Source: a virus
Virus record (IMG/VR): IMGVR_UViG_3300035670_000075
Location: 41,388 to 105,387 of that record
Strand: one strand, 5' to 3'
DNA length: 64,000 nucleotides
The position numbers and the translations under genes were made by a program. Below the pieces are notes generated by a model. That model saw only the letters and a list, made by a program, of their open reading frames with translations. It was not told where the DNA came from and searched no databases. Shown in pieces: positions 20,236-29,750 of the stretch. The stretch's first letter is position 1; the number at the start of each line of letters is the position of its first letter.

Positions 20236-21084
20236 TGAATGACTCCTGTTTTGAGTTTGCTTGGATTGACTGGGTGATAACTCGCTGATCACGGATTCCA
20301 GGCTACCCAACCTGTCCGCCAGCCCTGCTTCAACAGCCTTGGCTCCCGTCAGGATGCCGCCGCCACCGAATCTATTAAGAACTGTGTCGATTGATACGCC
20401 ACGGTTTCGCGCCACATCACGCACGAACACATCGGCTAAATCGTCCACGTTTTGTTGAATTTGCGAGCGCCCGTCTTCCGTCGCCGGATCGGGGCGTTTA
20501 TTCGGGGATTGCGATGACACGATTTCGTGCTCAACAACGCCAAGCCCCTCTTTCATCTTCCGGCTGTCAACATAAGTAGCAACAACACCGATAGAACCCA
20601 GTTGCGCGGTTTTATCAACCACGATGTCGCCCTTCTTGACTGCGCTGGACAGCCAGTACGCAGCACTTGCCGCCATGCCACCAACGTAGGCTATGATTCG
20701 CTTCTGCTTGGCGTAGGCGCGAATGTGGGACGCCAACTCGCTAATCCCGGTGACATGCCCGCCTGGGCTGTCAACCAATAACACGATGCCGTTGACTTCC
20801 GGGTTATCGACCGCAGCGGAGATGTCTTTTGCCAACACTTCGACCGACGTTGCGCCGCTGATTTCCGTCATTAAATTGGCTTTGGGGAAAATCGCGCCTT
20901 CAATTGGAATGATTGCAACGCCATCCCGATAGGTGACAGTGCGTGTATATTGCAGCGGCTCGCCACCACGCATCAGAACTGAGTGGTACTCGTTCTCGCG
21001 CTGCGCAATCGTGCGAATCATCTCCAGCCATTCGGCTGTAATCAGCCACGGCGCGGAGTCGATGAGGTGAATTAACGGTTTCAT
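19615..21084 (-). CDS. S49 head maturation protease fused to scaffold
   Basis: VDSPGG, MAASAAYWL, GSIGVV, A..AGLADRLGS; coiled-coil C-terminus. Confidence 0.92.
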   Translation of the reverse strand: MKPLIHLIDSAPWLITAEWLEMIRTIAQRENEYHSVLMRGGEPLQYTRTVTYRDGVAIIPIEGAIFPKANLMTEISGATSVEVLAKDISAAVDNPEVNGIVLLVDSPGGHVTGISELASHIRAYAKQKRIIAYVGGMAASAAYWLSSAVKKGDIVVDKTAQLGSIGVVATYVDSRKMKEGLGVVEHEIVSSQSPNKRPDPATEDGRSQIQQNVDDLADVFVRDVARNRGVSIDTVLNRFGGGGILTGAKAVEAGLADRLGSLESVISELSPSQSKQTQNRSHSMDYQAMKTALGLPEDAGDDAVAEAVGNLIAKSAKASSAIETMQANLKAQDEKIAAILADKQSTAAPAATTKGNDVLPDQSVLMEQKEIIAKLTEKLEAQERDAKARELESLIAEAQASGKLVSQAEVTWAKRMGAQNIDGLKEYLAACTPMRAFAASQTGGVHEYDEDSGLTIAQSTIARQMGLDADAFKKSAQQVRSKNNLLMGG

Positions 21085-21180
21085 GTATCGGATAATAACC
21101 TGTTTATTTTTGCAAGTCATTGTTATAATGGTAAAAATAGCCTGCTAGGTAGCTATGTATAAACTATAGAGGATTATGCG

Positions 21181-21402
21181 ATGACAGATTTGCCAGTAAA
21201 CGAAGATAAACCAGCGAAGCCAGTGACAGCAGAACAGCAGGTGGTGCAGCTTAATGTGCGCGTGCCGCTGCACATGAGAATAAAGCTGTCTGCGCTGTCA
21301 GAAATAAATGGCGTTGACATGCAGGAACTTGTGCAGCAGTGGATTGCAGAGAAGTTGATTGAAAGCGAGGACGAGGTGCGGAAGTTTTTAAGTTTTCGTT
21401 GA
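21181..21402 (+). CDS. Ribbon-helix-helix regulator
   Basis: VQLNVRVPLHMRIKLSALS...MQELVQQWI. Confidence 0.75.
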   Translation: MTDLPVNEDKPAKPVTAEQQVVQLNVRVPLHMRIKLSALSEINGVDMQELVQQWIAEKLIESEDEVRKFLSFR

Positions 21403-21480
21403 TTTTTGTTGTGTTTATTTGTGTTAACGTGTAAACTATTGCTACTTGTTGCTTGATACAAAAAACAGGAGTGATCTGAT

Positions 21481-21849
21481 ATGGCAATGAACAAAACAGA
21501 AAAAGCTAAAATGCAAGAGCTTGAAGAGCAGATTCAGATTGCGCTGGCGCTACGCTGGACGGAAAAAGTGCTGCCTGACGTGGAAAAGCCCGAATCGTTT
21601 TCAAATAAAATAGCGAGAGGCTTTCTTTTCAACGCTTATACAGGTCAAGTAGATGAGATGTGGTCAGAATCTATACGCCACGGATATGCTACATCGCCTC
21701 AGCGCGGCTCTCAGGGCGGCATCAGCATGTACAGCACAAGGCTGTTGGCGTTAAAAGCGCTGCGCCACGCGGTAGAAGTGCGCAGTGCTGAGGCTCTGCG
21801 CGGCATTGATAAGAGAATTGCTGCTGAGTTGGCAGCGGATAATAAGTAA
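21481..21849 (+). CDS. Phage hypothetical protein
   Basis: Good RBS (AGGAG); clean ORF. Confidence 0.65.
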   Translation: MAMNKTEKAKMQELEEQIQIALALRWTEKVLPDVEKPESFSNKIARGFLFNAYTGQVDEMWSESIRHGYATSPQRGSQGGISMYSTRLLALKALRHAVEVRSAEALRGIDKRIAAELAADNK

Positions 21850-21920
21850 AATATTTCTACTGGAGTCTAGGTTGCAATGGATACCATTCTTGTGTTGTGC
21901 ATCTTTATTTGTGGAACGGT

Positions 21921-21944
21921 GTCGGCTGTACCGCTAAGTTAGGG
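21921..21944 (-). mobile_element. Truncated attC (R'' and L'' half only)
   Basis: Minus strand CCCTAAC-TTAGC-GGTACAGC-CGAC; no matching second half. Confidence 0.6.
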
Positions 21945-21950
21945 GTTATT

Positions 21951-22133
21951 ATGAATGAGAAAGAGTTGCTTGAGATAATCAACGCATACAAAAACGATAT
22001 TTTATCCAACGATGGAGATAAAGCAGATCGTTTTTTAATGATGCTTGCAAAAGAAGTTGAACGTCAAACACGCCATAAAGCAGTGAAAATTGCTTACGAT
22101 ATGGCAGAGAAAATTAGCGATCTGAACTCCTAA
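21951..22133 (+). CDS. Cassette-borne hypothetical protein
   Basis: Starts just after GTTAGGG; stop TAA lies in the TCCTAAC box. Confidence 0.7.
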   Translation: MNEKELLEIINAYKNDILSNDGDKADRFLMMLAKEVERQTRHKAVKIAYDMAEKISDLNS

Positions 22134-22226
22134 CGCCGAGCTAAGCCTACCGGTGCTGCCGGTCAACTTGAACCAAAACCGAAAAATCTCGGCGGCACCG
22201 GGTCGGCCTTGAGCGATAAGTTATGG
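22128..22226 (-). mobile_element. attC site
   Basis: Minus: CCATAAC-5-GCTCAAGG-CCGA...stem...GCTTAGC-TCGGC-GTTAGGA. Confidence 0.85.
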
Positions 22227-22420
22227 CAGATATTACAATGTGCATCAATCAAGCATGTGATATGCGTGAAGACTGCTATAGAGCAAAAGCGACACCTGCT
22301 GTTTTCCAAAGTTTGTGTTTTTTTGCTCCGATAAACGGTAATTGCGAGAATTATATTGAGTATAAGCAGCACACTAAAAAAGCAAAAAATACTGGTATTT
22401 GTAGCCATAACGCTTTATAG
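22223..22420 (+). CDS. Cassette-borne small Cys-rich phage protein
   Basis: MADITMC....C.....CYR; cassette ends GTTATGGC / GCCATAAC are complementary. Confidence 0.7.
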   Translation: MADITMCINQACDMREDCYRAKATPAVFQSLCFFAPINGNCENYIEYKQHTKKAKNTGICSHNAL

Positions 22421-22430
22421 CCAGAAAAAC
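22404..22430 (-). mobile_element. attI-like array-proximal site
   Basis: Minus: TTTTTCTGGCTATAAAGCG|TTATGGC; resembles the other two array ends. Confidence 0.5.
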
Positions 22431-22658
22431 TTCCGCCATATTAGATAATAGCCATTAAATACGGAGACAATGAATATTTTTTAGCTTGGTATGAAGCGCT
22501 ATGATTTACCTACAACAACAAGCTCACTCCACGCAACCCAATCAGCATCAAACACCATTCCATTGCCATCAACAACACCGACCAACGCCGACGTATTGAT
22601 ATTATCAACATCCTGCACATGCAGGATGTTACCGTTTCGCATGACATCCATGCCAATC

Positions 22659-22898
22659 TTAACCACCACTCGCAAACCCCGCGTAATTTCTAGCCTTCTC
22701 AGCCGCAAGCCTTTCAATCTGCTTGCGCCTACGCTCTGCTTCCAACTCCGCTGTCCCATCTGGCACAACCAAATAAGCTTGCTGCTTTACGTCATCCCAC
22801 ATCATCCTTGCGGGGTCGAATGCCGCTGGACTGATGGGGATTATCTTCTCGTTCTGCTTTGGTTGTCTGCCGATAACATCAGGAAAATCACTCGCCAT
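22659..22898 (-). CDS. Hypothetical protein
   Basis: Overlaps the portal stop; RBS GAGG. Confidence 0.5.
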   Translation of the reverse strand: MASDFPDVIGRQPKQNEKIIPISPAAFDPARMMWDDVKQQAYLVVPDGTAELEAERRRKQIERLAAEKARNYAGFASGG

Positions 22899-24303
22899 TC
22901 AAATCTTCCTCTTCCACGTCGCTTTCGTTGTCATCGTCACTTACCGGATCGATTGAGTCATCCGTCATGTCATCTTCAGGCTGACTATCAACTGACGGAT
23001 CTTGTGGCGGCATTTCCACATCGCTTTCGCCACCGCCAATATCCTCGTAATCATCGCCGTAACGCTCGGCCACTGATTCCGGCTTCAACCTGTACCCCAT
23101 AGCGAACAACTCTTTATCGCGGGCAACGCGCTTGTCCTCGTCTTCAGTAGCAGAAATATCGAAGAAGATTTGCGGCACGCGGCGCAGGTCGCTGGTTCCG
23201 GTATTGAGCAACATCAGCATCGTCAACAATTGATGCCGAGTGGTTGGCTCGTATTGACGGAAATCTGAAACTGCCAAGTCCCACATTTCCGTGTTGCGCA
23301 TATCGCCACCGGAGAATACCCCAGTACGCTCCGCAAAAGCCTTTTCAGAACCAGTCAGCAGGCGGCGAGCCAGTGACCCAAACATATTGTACCAATTGAT
23401 GAAGCTTGCCGTTTGACCTTTTACCGCATCAAGCTCTTTGATGTTCATGCGCTCAGGCATAATGCCGTAAGCCTTTTCGATCATCATTGCCATTGCCGAC
23501 TTGAGTTTGCGCTGGTCGGTTTTCGATGTGCCTTCAGGGAATGTGGCGAACAGTTTTGGTATACCGTAATTGTGTAGGAACGCTTGTCCGTCGCCATGGG
23601 TTTCCATGCGCGATAACCACGCCCAAATCAGCGCCATGAACAAGCCTGACTCATGCGGATAGCCTGGCACTGCTTGGTGCTTATGCACGACCCATCCAAA
23701 CGGCCAAAATGGTTCGTCACCGCCAAGCCGTGTTTTGTAGCGCAACACGTTTTTGTTTTTACGCCACGGCGTCGCGACAGAGATATTGCGCTGCTGAAAT
23801 TCAGGAACCCACACGCCGTCGATTTTCTTCCACCCGCTGCCGCCTTCCTCGTCGGCAATTTCCATCAGCGAAAACCCGGCACCGATACCGGCAGACAAGC
23901 CAAGCAGATAGTCGTCGAAGTTTTTGATTTGCGCCAGGATGTCGCGCAAGATTTTTACGTTCTTTTTGTCTTCGCGCTTCGCCAGTCCACGGTCTACCAC
24001 AAATCCGTTTTCATCGCGGTAGCTGTCCCAGGTGTAAATGTCGAACGACACTGACAGCGGTGCGGTCGCCCGCATGTTAAAGCCCCACATGATGTCGGGG
24101 TCAAAGCGCAGCATCATCCACCACAGGCGGGATAATCTTGTCAGGTCGCCGTCATTGGCTTCGCCGATGATGTTGTAGATGTCGGTTGGGCGTAGATTAC
24201 GGTAAATCTCGCTGTAATCATTCTGCGCCAAACCGAATGAGATGGCTTCGCCGTCGCTTTCGGTTTGCGATTCTTTCAGTGCTTTAATCGCCATTGCTAC
24301 CAA
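22888..24303 (-). CDS. Portal protein, DUF935 / Mu gp29 family
   Basis: A..GDL, G...GFSLMEI, GWVVHKH...GYP..SGL..L.W, F...YGIP; follows terL. Confidence 0.88.
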   Translation of the reverse strand: MVAMAIKALKESQTESDGEAISFGLAQNDYSEIYRNLRPTDIYNIIGEANDGDLTRLSRLWWMMLRFDPDIMWGFNMRATAPLSVSFDIYTWDSYRDENGFVVDRGLAKREDKKNVKILRDILAQIKNFDDYLLGLSAGIGAGFSLMEIADEEGGSGWKKIDGVWVPEFQQRNISVATPWRKNKNVLRYKTRLGGDEPFWPFGWVVHKHQAVPGYPHESGLFMALIWAWLSRMETHGDGQAFLHNYGIPKLFATFPEGTSKTDQRKLKSAMAMMIEKAYGIMPERMNIKELDAVKGQTASFINWYNMFGSLARRLLTGSEKAFAERTGVFSGGDMRNTEMWDLAVSDFRQYEPTTRHQLLTMLMLLNTGTSDLRRVPQIFFDISATEDEDKRVARDKELFAMGYRLKPESVAERYGDDYEDIGGGESDVEMPPQDPSVDSQPEDDMTDDSIDPVSDDDNESDVEEEDLNGE

Positions 24304-25919
24304 TCCTCTTCTTCATATTCATCACCACCGACACCGCCAGTTACAGGTTCAAAGCCGTAATCTTCAAAACCAAGCCCAAGTTCCGACATGTACTTTAGCG
24401 CTTGCGTCATCGAATCAACTTGGTCTTTGAATTGACTCGACGGGAAATTCATCATTTCTTCCTCGAACAACGCCAGCCAAGGCGCATTTTCAGGCAGGAA
24501 AACATTTCCCGCGACGAACTGTGCGGAGATTGATTCTGCGCGCGCCAATTTATCTCCCTGCACATAAAACACGTTACCGCGTTCAACGCGGTTGTCGCTC
24601 GCCTTCTTTGCCACCGGCATCACCGGGACAATATTGAGTGACGGTCGCCGGTCTACACCGAGTTCGTTCAACATCAATCTCCATTCAGCCTCGCGCATTG
24701 AGCGCAGTTGCGAGATAAGTTCCGTCCCGTTTGCCTTGTCCTCAATTAAGATGGCGTCTGGCTTGAACGCATCGGCGCGGGTAATCACCGCCCGCAGCAA
24801 ATCAGAGAACTCGACGCGCTGCCGGTAAACGTCCAGTAGGTAATAGCCGTTGCGCGTTTTTGCCCACTCGGTACACACCGAATATGCGTTACCATCTTTT
24901 TTGCTTTTCGCCGTATCCCACGATGCAACACGCTGGATAATATCACCTATAGAGGATTGATTTCTATATCGCTTGATGTTTACCGCCTTAAATAATCCGC
25001 CACCACGCGGCACTGGACGCTGTTGATGCTGTGCGGCGTAGTTGTATGAACCGAGTTTTAGCTTCTGCCCGTCGATAAACTTGCGGTCGAAGCCGCGCTC
25101 CGGCCACAACAACTCGCCTTCCTGCGTGCGTGGGTCAATAAAGCCGAGCGGGTTGTGGATCATCACCTGCGGTTCGTACTCGGAGGGGATTTTTAGCACT
25201 ACCCAGTTATCCGGCGAGTTGTCCATGAGATATTGCGCAATATCGCGGGTATCGAGGCGCTGCATGATAAGTATTTTGGCGTGTTTTTGCGGGTTGTTGA
25301 TACTTGCTTCCCACGAATTGCGCCACCATTCCACGACATTATCAAAGTCGGCATTGCTGAGTTGACCGATTTTGCGCGAGTCCATGAGGTCGTCGGCAAC
25401 GTTGTAATCACCGCCGTTGCCAAGGATGCCAGAGCCTACCGAAGTGGCGTAGCGGAATCCGCTGTTGTCGTTTTCGTATTTTGACTTGGTATTCTGATCG
25501 CCTGTCAACACGAATTTGTCACCCCAGTAGCGTTGATACAGAGGTGACTGGATGATACGCCGCGAGTCAACGCTATCGCGCAAAGACAGACTGGCGCTGT
25601 GGCTGGCGTAGAGAAACTTGGAGGACGGTACTTTCGTCCACCACCAGGGCGTGAGGCACGCGGATGCCAGCAAAGACTTGGTGTGGCGGCGCGGGATGTT
25701 GATCATGAGGTTGGTAATCTCGAATCGCAGTGCGGCTTCGAGATGCTCACCCACAGCGTAGTGGTGCCAGTTCAACTGCAAGTCCTCGCCACGTACCGCT
25801 TGCCACATCACCCGCATGAACTCGACAAGACTGCGCTCAGCCAGTTCGCGAACGAGGATGTCGCGGTCGGTGCTGAGTAGTTTTTTGGCGAGCGGAGATA
25901 GTCTTGGTTGTTTTTGCAT
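24297..25919 (-). CDS. terL: Terminase large subunit
   Basis: LMINIPRRHTKS, DD, IMQRL, Y.AQHQQRP, SWDTA, IEDKANG, DQVDSMTQAL. Confidence 0.95.
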   Translation of the reverse strand: MQKQPRLSPLAKKLLSTDRDILVRELAERSLVEFMRVMWQAVRGEDLQLNWHHYAVGEHLEAALRFEITNLMINIPRRHTKSLLASACLTPWWWTKVPSSKFLYASHSASLSLRDSVDSRRIIQSPLYQRYWGDKFVLTGDQNTKSKYENDNSGFRYATSVGSGILGNGGDYNVADDLMDSRKIGQLSNADFDNVVEWWRNSWEASINNPQKHAKILIMQRLDTRDIAQYLMDNSPDNWVVLKIPSEYEPQVMIHNPLGFIDPRTQEGELLWPERGFDRKFIDGQKLKLGSYNYAAQHQQRPVPRGGGLFKAVNIKRYRNQSSIGDIIQRVASWDTAKSKKDGNAYSVCTEWAKTRNGYYLLDVYRQRVEFSDLLRAVITRADAFKPDAILIEDKANGTELISQLRSMREAEWRLMLNELGVDRRPSLNIVPVMPVAKKASDNRVERGNVFYVQGDKLARAESISAQFVAGNVFLPENAPWLALFEEEMMNFPSSQFKDQVDSMTQALKYMSELGLGFEDYGFEPVTGGVGGDEYEEEDW

Positions 25920-25991
25920 TGCTGTAGTTTACATTATTCGTGTAAACGTATACTATTAACATACTCTTTGGCGATAAAAGAGCCTCCAATT

Positions 25992-26019
25992 AAGCCTGCC
26001 TCGCGGCGGGCTTTTTTTT
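25992..26019 (+). terminator. Rho-independent terminator
   Basis: GCCTGCC-TCGC-GGCGGGC followed by T8. Confidence 0.65.
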
Positions 26020-26127
26020 GCCTGTTGGTTGGTGATTTTTTGTTAACGAGGTATTTATTTCCTATAGGGAATGGTGTAAACTTGCTGTATACACAATCAA
26101 AAAGACAACTGCGAGGCTCTATATTCC

Positions 26128-26988
26128 ATGAGTTTTATAACTCCACCCATCAAAATCCAAGGACGCAAAACAGCCCTGCTTGGCGAGATAGCCAAGTCAA
26201 TGCCGCAGCGCATCGACGGCATCTACTACGAGCCTTTTCTTGGCTCCGCTGCGGTGGCGGTTAATTTTGCCAATCGCGCCAAACAGGGGGCGAGACTGTC
26301 TGATGCAAATATTTGCATTGCGGAGTTCTATCAAAGTCTAGTTTACGGGCGCGTGTCGCCAATGCACTTCGGTCAACACTTGCTGCACGAAGGCAAGGAG
26401 TTGGCAAGAATTGGCGAGAGGCATTACTACAGTGTACGCGAGCGGTTCAATAGCAACTGCAACGTCAACGAACTTGCGCTTGATTTGCTGTTCCTGAATC
26501 GCACCTGCTACAACGGATTGATGCGCTTCAATCGTAGTGGCGACTTCAATGTGCCGTTCTGCAAAAATCAAAACAGATTGTCAGCTAAGTTTTGCGCCAG
26601 CGTAGAACATTCTGCCGAACAAACGATGGCGGCTTTATCTGGAGGCGAGATTGAGCATTGCGACTGGGAGAATTCAATAAATACCGCTGGCAACGGCGAT
26701 TTTATATTCCTAGACCCACCGTATCTTGGGCTTGAGGCAAATTACATTGCGTCAGGCTGGAGCGAAAAAGACGAAAACGACTTGTACGCCTTCTGTCTCA
26801 ATACGCCAGCGAAATTCATGCTGACAACCTGGGCGGAAAAGCATGGCGGCAAGCCTGCGCGTAATGAGTTCTTCTACTCGCGGTGGGCGAAGAATTTCAA
26901 TGTTCGCGAAGTCGAGCACCAATATATCGTCGGCCCGAAAGCGATTAATCGCGGACGGGTTGTTGAGGCGATTGTTACTAACTACTAA
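26128..26988 (+). CDS. dam: Dam-family (D12 class) DNA adenine methyltransferase
   Basis: K.QGRK, YYEPFLGSAAV, LNRTCYNGLMRFN..G.FNVPF, FLDPPY. Confidence 0.92.
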   Translation: MSFITPPIKIQGRKTALLGEIAKSMPQRIDGIYYEPFLGSAAVAVNFANRAKQGARLSDANICIAEFYQSLVYGRVSPMHFGQHLLHEGKELARIGERHYYSVRERFNSNCNVNELALDLLFLNRTCYNGLMRFNRSGDFNVPFCKNQNRLSAKFCASVEHSAEQTMAALSGGEIEHCDWENSINTAGNGDFIFLDPPYLGLEANYIASGWSEKDENDLYAFCLNTPAKFMLTTWAEKHGGKPARNEFFYSRWAKNFNVREVEHQYIVGPKAINRGRVVEAIVTNY

Positions 26989-26998
26989 CGAGTCAAAC

Positions 26999-28090
26999 AT
27001 GAAATTTACAATCGAAAATCACCTGTTACAAAAAGCCGTCCAAAGCGCAATGAGCGCGATTGAGCGCAAAACAACACTGCCAATTCTCGGCAATATCCTG
27101 CTCAAACTTGAAGGCGGCAAACTTACGTTATTCACCAGTAATAGCGAGCAAGAAGCATCGGTACTTATCGATGATGTTTACGGTGAAGATGGTGAAATCA
27201 CTGTTCCAGCAGAAAAGCTATTCAGCATTTTACGGAGCACAGACAAGCAATCTCATGTCGAGTTTAATCTGAGCGGCGTAAAAGCCAACCTGAAGATTGG
27301 ACGCAGCAAGTTTGTGTTGGCAACGCTGCCAGCGGATGATTACCCATCTGCCGATAGCGGTATTAAATGGCTGGCTGAGTTCGTAATTTCATCCGAGGCG
27401 TTGAAAGCTTGTATGAGCAGAGCGTCTTTCGCAATGGCGCAGCAAGACGTGCGGTACTATCTGAATGGGATGCTGTTTGAGTTGCGCGACAATTTGATGA
27501 CGTGCGTTGCCACGGACGGGCATCGCTTAGCGCTCGCTGGCGCTGATGTAGATAGTACGGCAGAAGTCAGTGTTATCATCCCGCGTAAGATGGTCACTGA
27601 ATTTGTCCGAGTAATTACTGGTGATACTGTGACCGTTCGCGTTTCCAGTAACCATATTCAATTCTCTGTCGGCAACACCACGTTCACCAGCAAGCTGATT
27701 GACGGCAACTTTCCTGATTATCATGGCGTTATTCAAGTTCCTCAGTCACGACCGCTAGTATGTGGTACGGATGCAATCAAATCAGCGCTGAGCCGGGTAA
27801 GCATCCTGTCCAGCGACAAATACAAAGGCGTGCGCTTTAACTTGACGGACGACTCAATCCAGCTTAGCTCCAACAATATTGAGCAAGAAGAAGCAGAAGA
27901 ATTTGTTGTGGTTGAGTACCGTGGCGATGAGATTGAGGTCGGCTTTAACGTCGGCTATCTGCTTGATGCACTCAATGCCGTCGAAACTGAAAAAGTGGAA
28001 ATGCACTTCGGCGACAGCAATAGTTCCATGCTGCTGATGCCTGAAGGTGATTACAGCGTTAAGTATGTCATTATGCCGATGCGGTTATGA
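26999..28090 (+). CDS. dnaN: DNA polymerase III beta sliding clamp
   Basis: TLPILGNILL, FAMAQQDVRYYLNGM, VATDGHRLA, SKLIDGNFPDY, YVIMPMRL. Confidence 0.97.
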   Translation: MKFTIENHLLQKAVQSAMSAIERKTTLPILGNILLKLEGGKLTLFTSNSEQEASVLIDDVYGEDGEITVPAEKLFSILRSTDKQSHVEFNLSGVKANLKIGRSKFVLATLPADDYPSADSGIKWLAEFVISSEALKACMSRASFAMAQQDVRYYLNGMLFELRDNLMTCVATDGHRLALAGADVDSTAEVSVIIPRKMVTEFVRVITGDTVTVRVSSNHIQFSVGNTTFTSKLIDGNFPDYHGVIQVPQSRPLVCGTDAIKSALSRVSILSSDKYKGVRFNLTDDSIQLSSNNIEQEEAEEFVVVEYRGDEIEVGFNVGYLLDALNAVETEKVEMHFGDSNSSMLLMPEGDYSVKYVIMPMRL

Positions 28091-28091
28091 C

Positions 28092-29237
28092 ATGGTTTAT
28101 TACAATGAATTTGACCCCGAAGCTGCGCAATGGCTGCGTAATTTAATCGTCGCAGGGGTGATTCCGTGCGGCGATGTGGACGAGAGGAGTATTGTTGATG
28201 TCAGCCCAAATGACCTTGCCGGGTATGAGCAGTGTCACTTCTTTGCCGGAATTGGCGGATGGGCTTACGCGCTTAGGCTTGCAGGATGGGGAGATTCTAA
28301 CGTATGGACAGGAAGCCCGCCGTGCCAGCCTTTTAGCGCAGCAGGAAAAGGACTTGGCGCGCAAGACGAGCGCAACCTGTGGTACGCATTCTACCGCCTC
28401 ATCCGCGAGTGTAAACCTGCAACGCTCTTTGGAGAGCAGGTTGCGCAAGCAATTGGCTACGACTGGCTCGACACTGTATCGACTGACTTGGAACAAGAAG
28501 GTTACGCGGTCGGGGCGGCAGTATTGCCAGCTTGCAGCGTCGGCGCACCGCACAAACGCGAAAGACTGTGGTTCGTGGCCGACAACCAAAGTGCAGAATC
28601 AGAATGCACCTGGCGAGCACGGCAACGGTGGACAAGACCTTCAGACGGTGGCGGAATATACGAACTGGAGCACGCCGATAGTCAACGACGAGAAGATGAG
28701 TACGCATTGCAACGGCGGCACTCGCAAGGATGGAAGCAAGGCTATATTTCTGAAGCTTCCGGGAATGGCTTAACTCACGACTTGGCCGATAGCGGCAACC
28801 AGAGATTACAAGGGGGGGTATCAAAACGGCAGAATTCGCAACGACAAGTTATCGACAGACGCATTGGATATAACTGCTCAACTCACAATATGGCCGACAG
28901 CCAGATCGACGGATTACAAGATGGGCAAGACCGGAACTGGAGACGGGAGGGAGTTTGCGGACAATCTATGTCAGGCATCCTTGAAGACGGGTCTGACGGA
29001 CTCACTCGCGGATTCTGGAGTAATGCCGATTGGGTGTACTGCCGAGACGAAAAGTACCGCCCAATTGAACCCGGACTTAAGCCGTTGGCTCATGGGGTAT
29101 CCGGTAGAGTGGCTATTGGCAGCGCCGGTAAAACTTATTGGTACACGCGAAAATCAGCGCTCAAAGGATTCGGCAATGCCATCGTACCGCAAGTGGCTGC
29201 GGAATTTATTAAAGCATTCATGACGAGAGACGAATAA
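28092..29237 (+). CDS. DNA cytosine-5 methyltransferase, catalytic (alpha) subunit
   Basis: HFFAGIGG (I), GSPPCQPFS (IV), GEQV (VI), PHKRERLW (VIII), GFGNAIVP (X); motif IX absent from this frame. Confidence 0.9.
   Translation: MVYYNEFDPEAAQWLRNLIVAGVIPCGDVDERSIVDVSPNDLAGYEQCHFFAGIGGWAYALRLAGWGDSNVWTGSPPCQPFSAAGKGLGAQDERNLWYAFYRLIRECKPATLFGEQVAQAIGYDWLDTVSTDLEQEGYAVGAAVLPACSVGAPHKRERLWFVADNQSAESECTWRARQRWTRPSDGGGIYELEHADSQRREDEYALQRRHSQGWKQGYISEASGNGLTHDLADSGNQRLQGGVSKRQNSQRQVIDRRIGYNCSTHNMADSQIDGLQDGQDRNWRREGVCGQSMSGILEDGSDGLTRGFWSNADWVYCRDEKYRPIEPGLKPLAHGVSGRVAIGSAGKTYWYTRKSALKGFGNAIVPQVAAEFIKAFMTRDE
28198..29223 (+). pseudogene. Overlapping-frame beta subunit of the C5 MTase (TRD-like repeats + motif IX), interrupted by TAA at 28771-28773
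   Basis: ORFs 28174-28773 and 28864-29223 share one frame; four W(P/S)(T/I) repeats, then LNPDLSRWLMGYPVEW; start uncertain. Confidence 0.75.
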
Positions 29238-29749
29238 TGAAAGAATCCCCAATCATCTTCTCACCCGCAATGATCGCCGCGCTGCTACGCGGCGACAAAC
29301 ACCAGACTCGCCGCCTGCGCAATATCAATGGCGATATTTTATGGGTGCGTGAATCGGTTTGGATTTACGGAAAGTGGGTAAGAAACGGTGTATCTCCAGA
29401 AGGTAGATATAAATTTAGCTTTAAGGTACACGAAAGCAAACAAGTCAGTTACGACACGCCGACAGGCGCACTGGCTGACAAGATGCTTGGTAATCTCGGC
29501 TGGAAGCATGTGCCGTCGATTCATATTCCGCGATGGGCTTCGCGGATTACATTGCACGTTTCAGAAAGAAGGATTGAACGCTTAAAAGAAATATCCGTTG
29601 CCGACGCTATTGCGGAAGGCATCGATAAAAACGCGGTAGACCCACGCCGCGAATTTGCGCATTTATGGGAACAAATTCACGGACTTGGCGCTTGGGCTGA
29701 AAACCCCGTGGTTCAAGTCATCACTTTCACTGTTAAAAAAGGAAATTAG
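29237..29749 (+). CDS. ASCH-domain protein
   Basis: PIIFS..MI.ALL.G.K.QTRR, LWVRE, PSIHIPRWASRITL, ERL..IS..DA.AEG, W..NP.V. Confidence 0.85.
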   Translation: MKESPIIFSPAMIAALLRGDKHQTRRLRNINGDILWVRESVWIYGKWVRNGVSPEGRYKFSFKVHESKQVSYDTPTGALADKMLGNLGWKHVPSIHIPRWASRITLHVSERRIERLKEISVADAIAEGIDKNAVDPRREFAHLWEQIHGLGAWAENPVVQVITFTVKKGN

Positions 29750-29750
29750 T

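Noticed and set aside
18300-24303. Transposable Mu-like phage
   Set aside because: No MuA/MuB in the window; tyrosine integrase, xis and attP are present
26843-26998. N-terminal extension of DnaN (and similar long starts for ssb, dut, capsid, int)
   Set aside because: Artefacts of longest-ORF calling; family-typical starts lie downstream
28771-28773. Genome-wide stop-codon reassignment
   Set aside because: TAA terminates many clear genes (ssb, nrdJ, capsid); this is an isolated case
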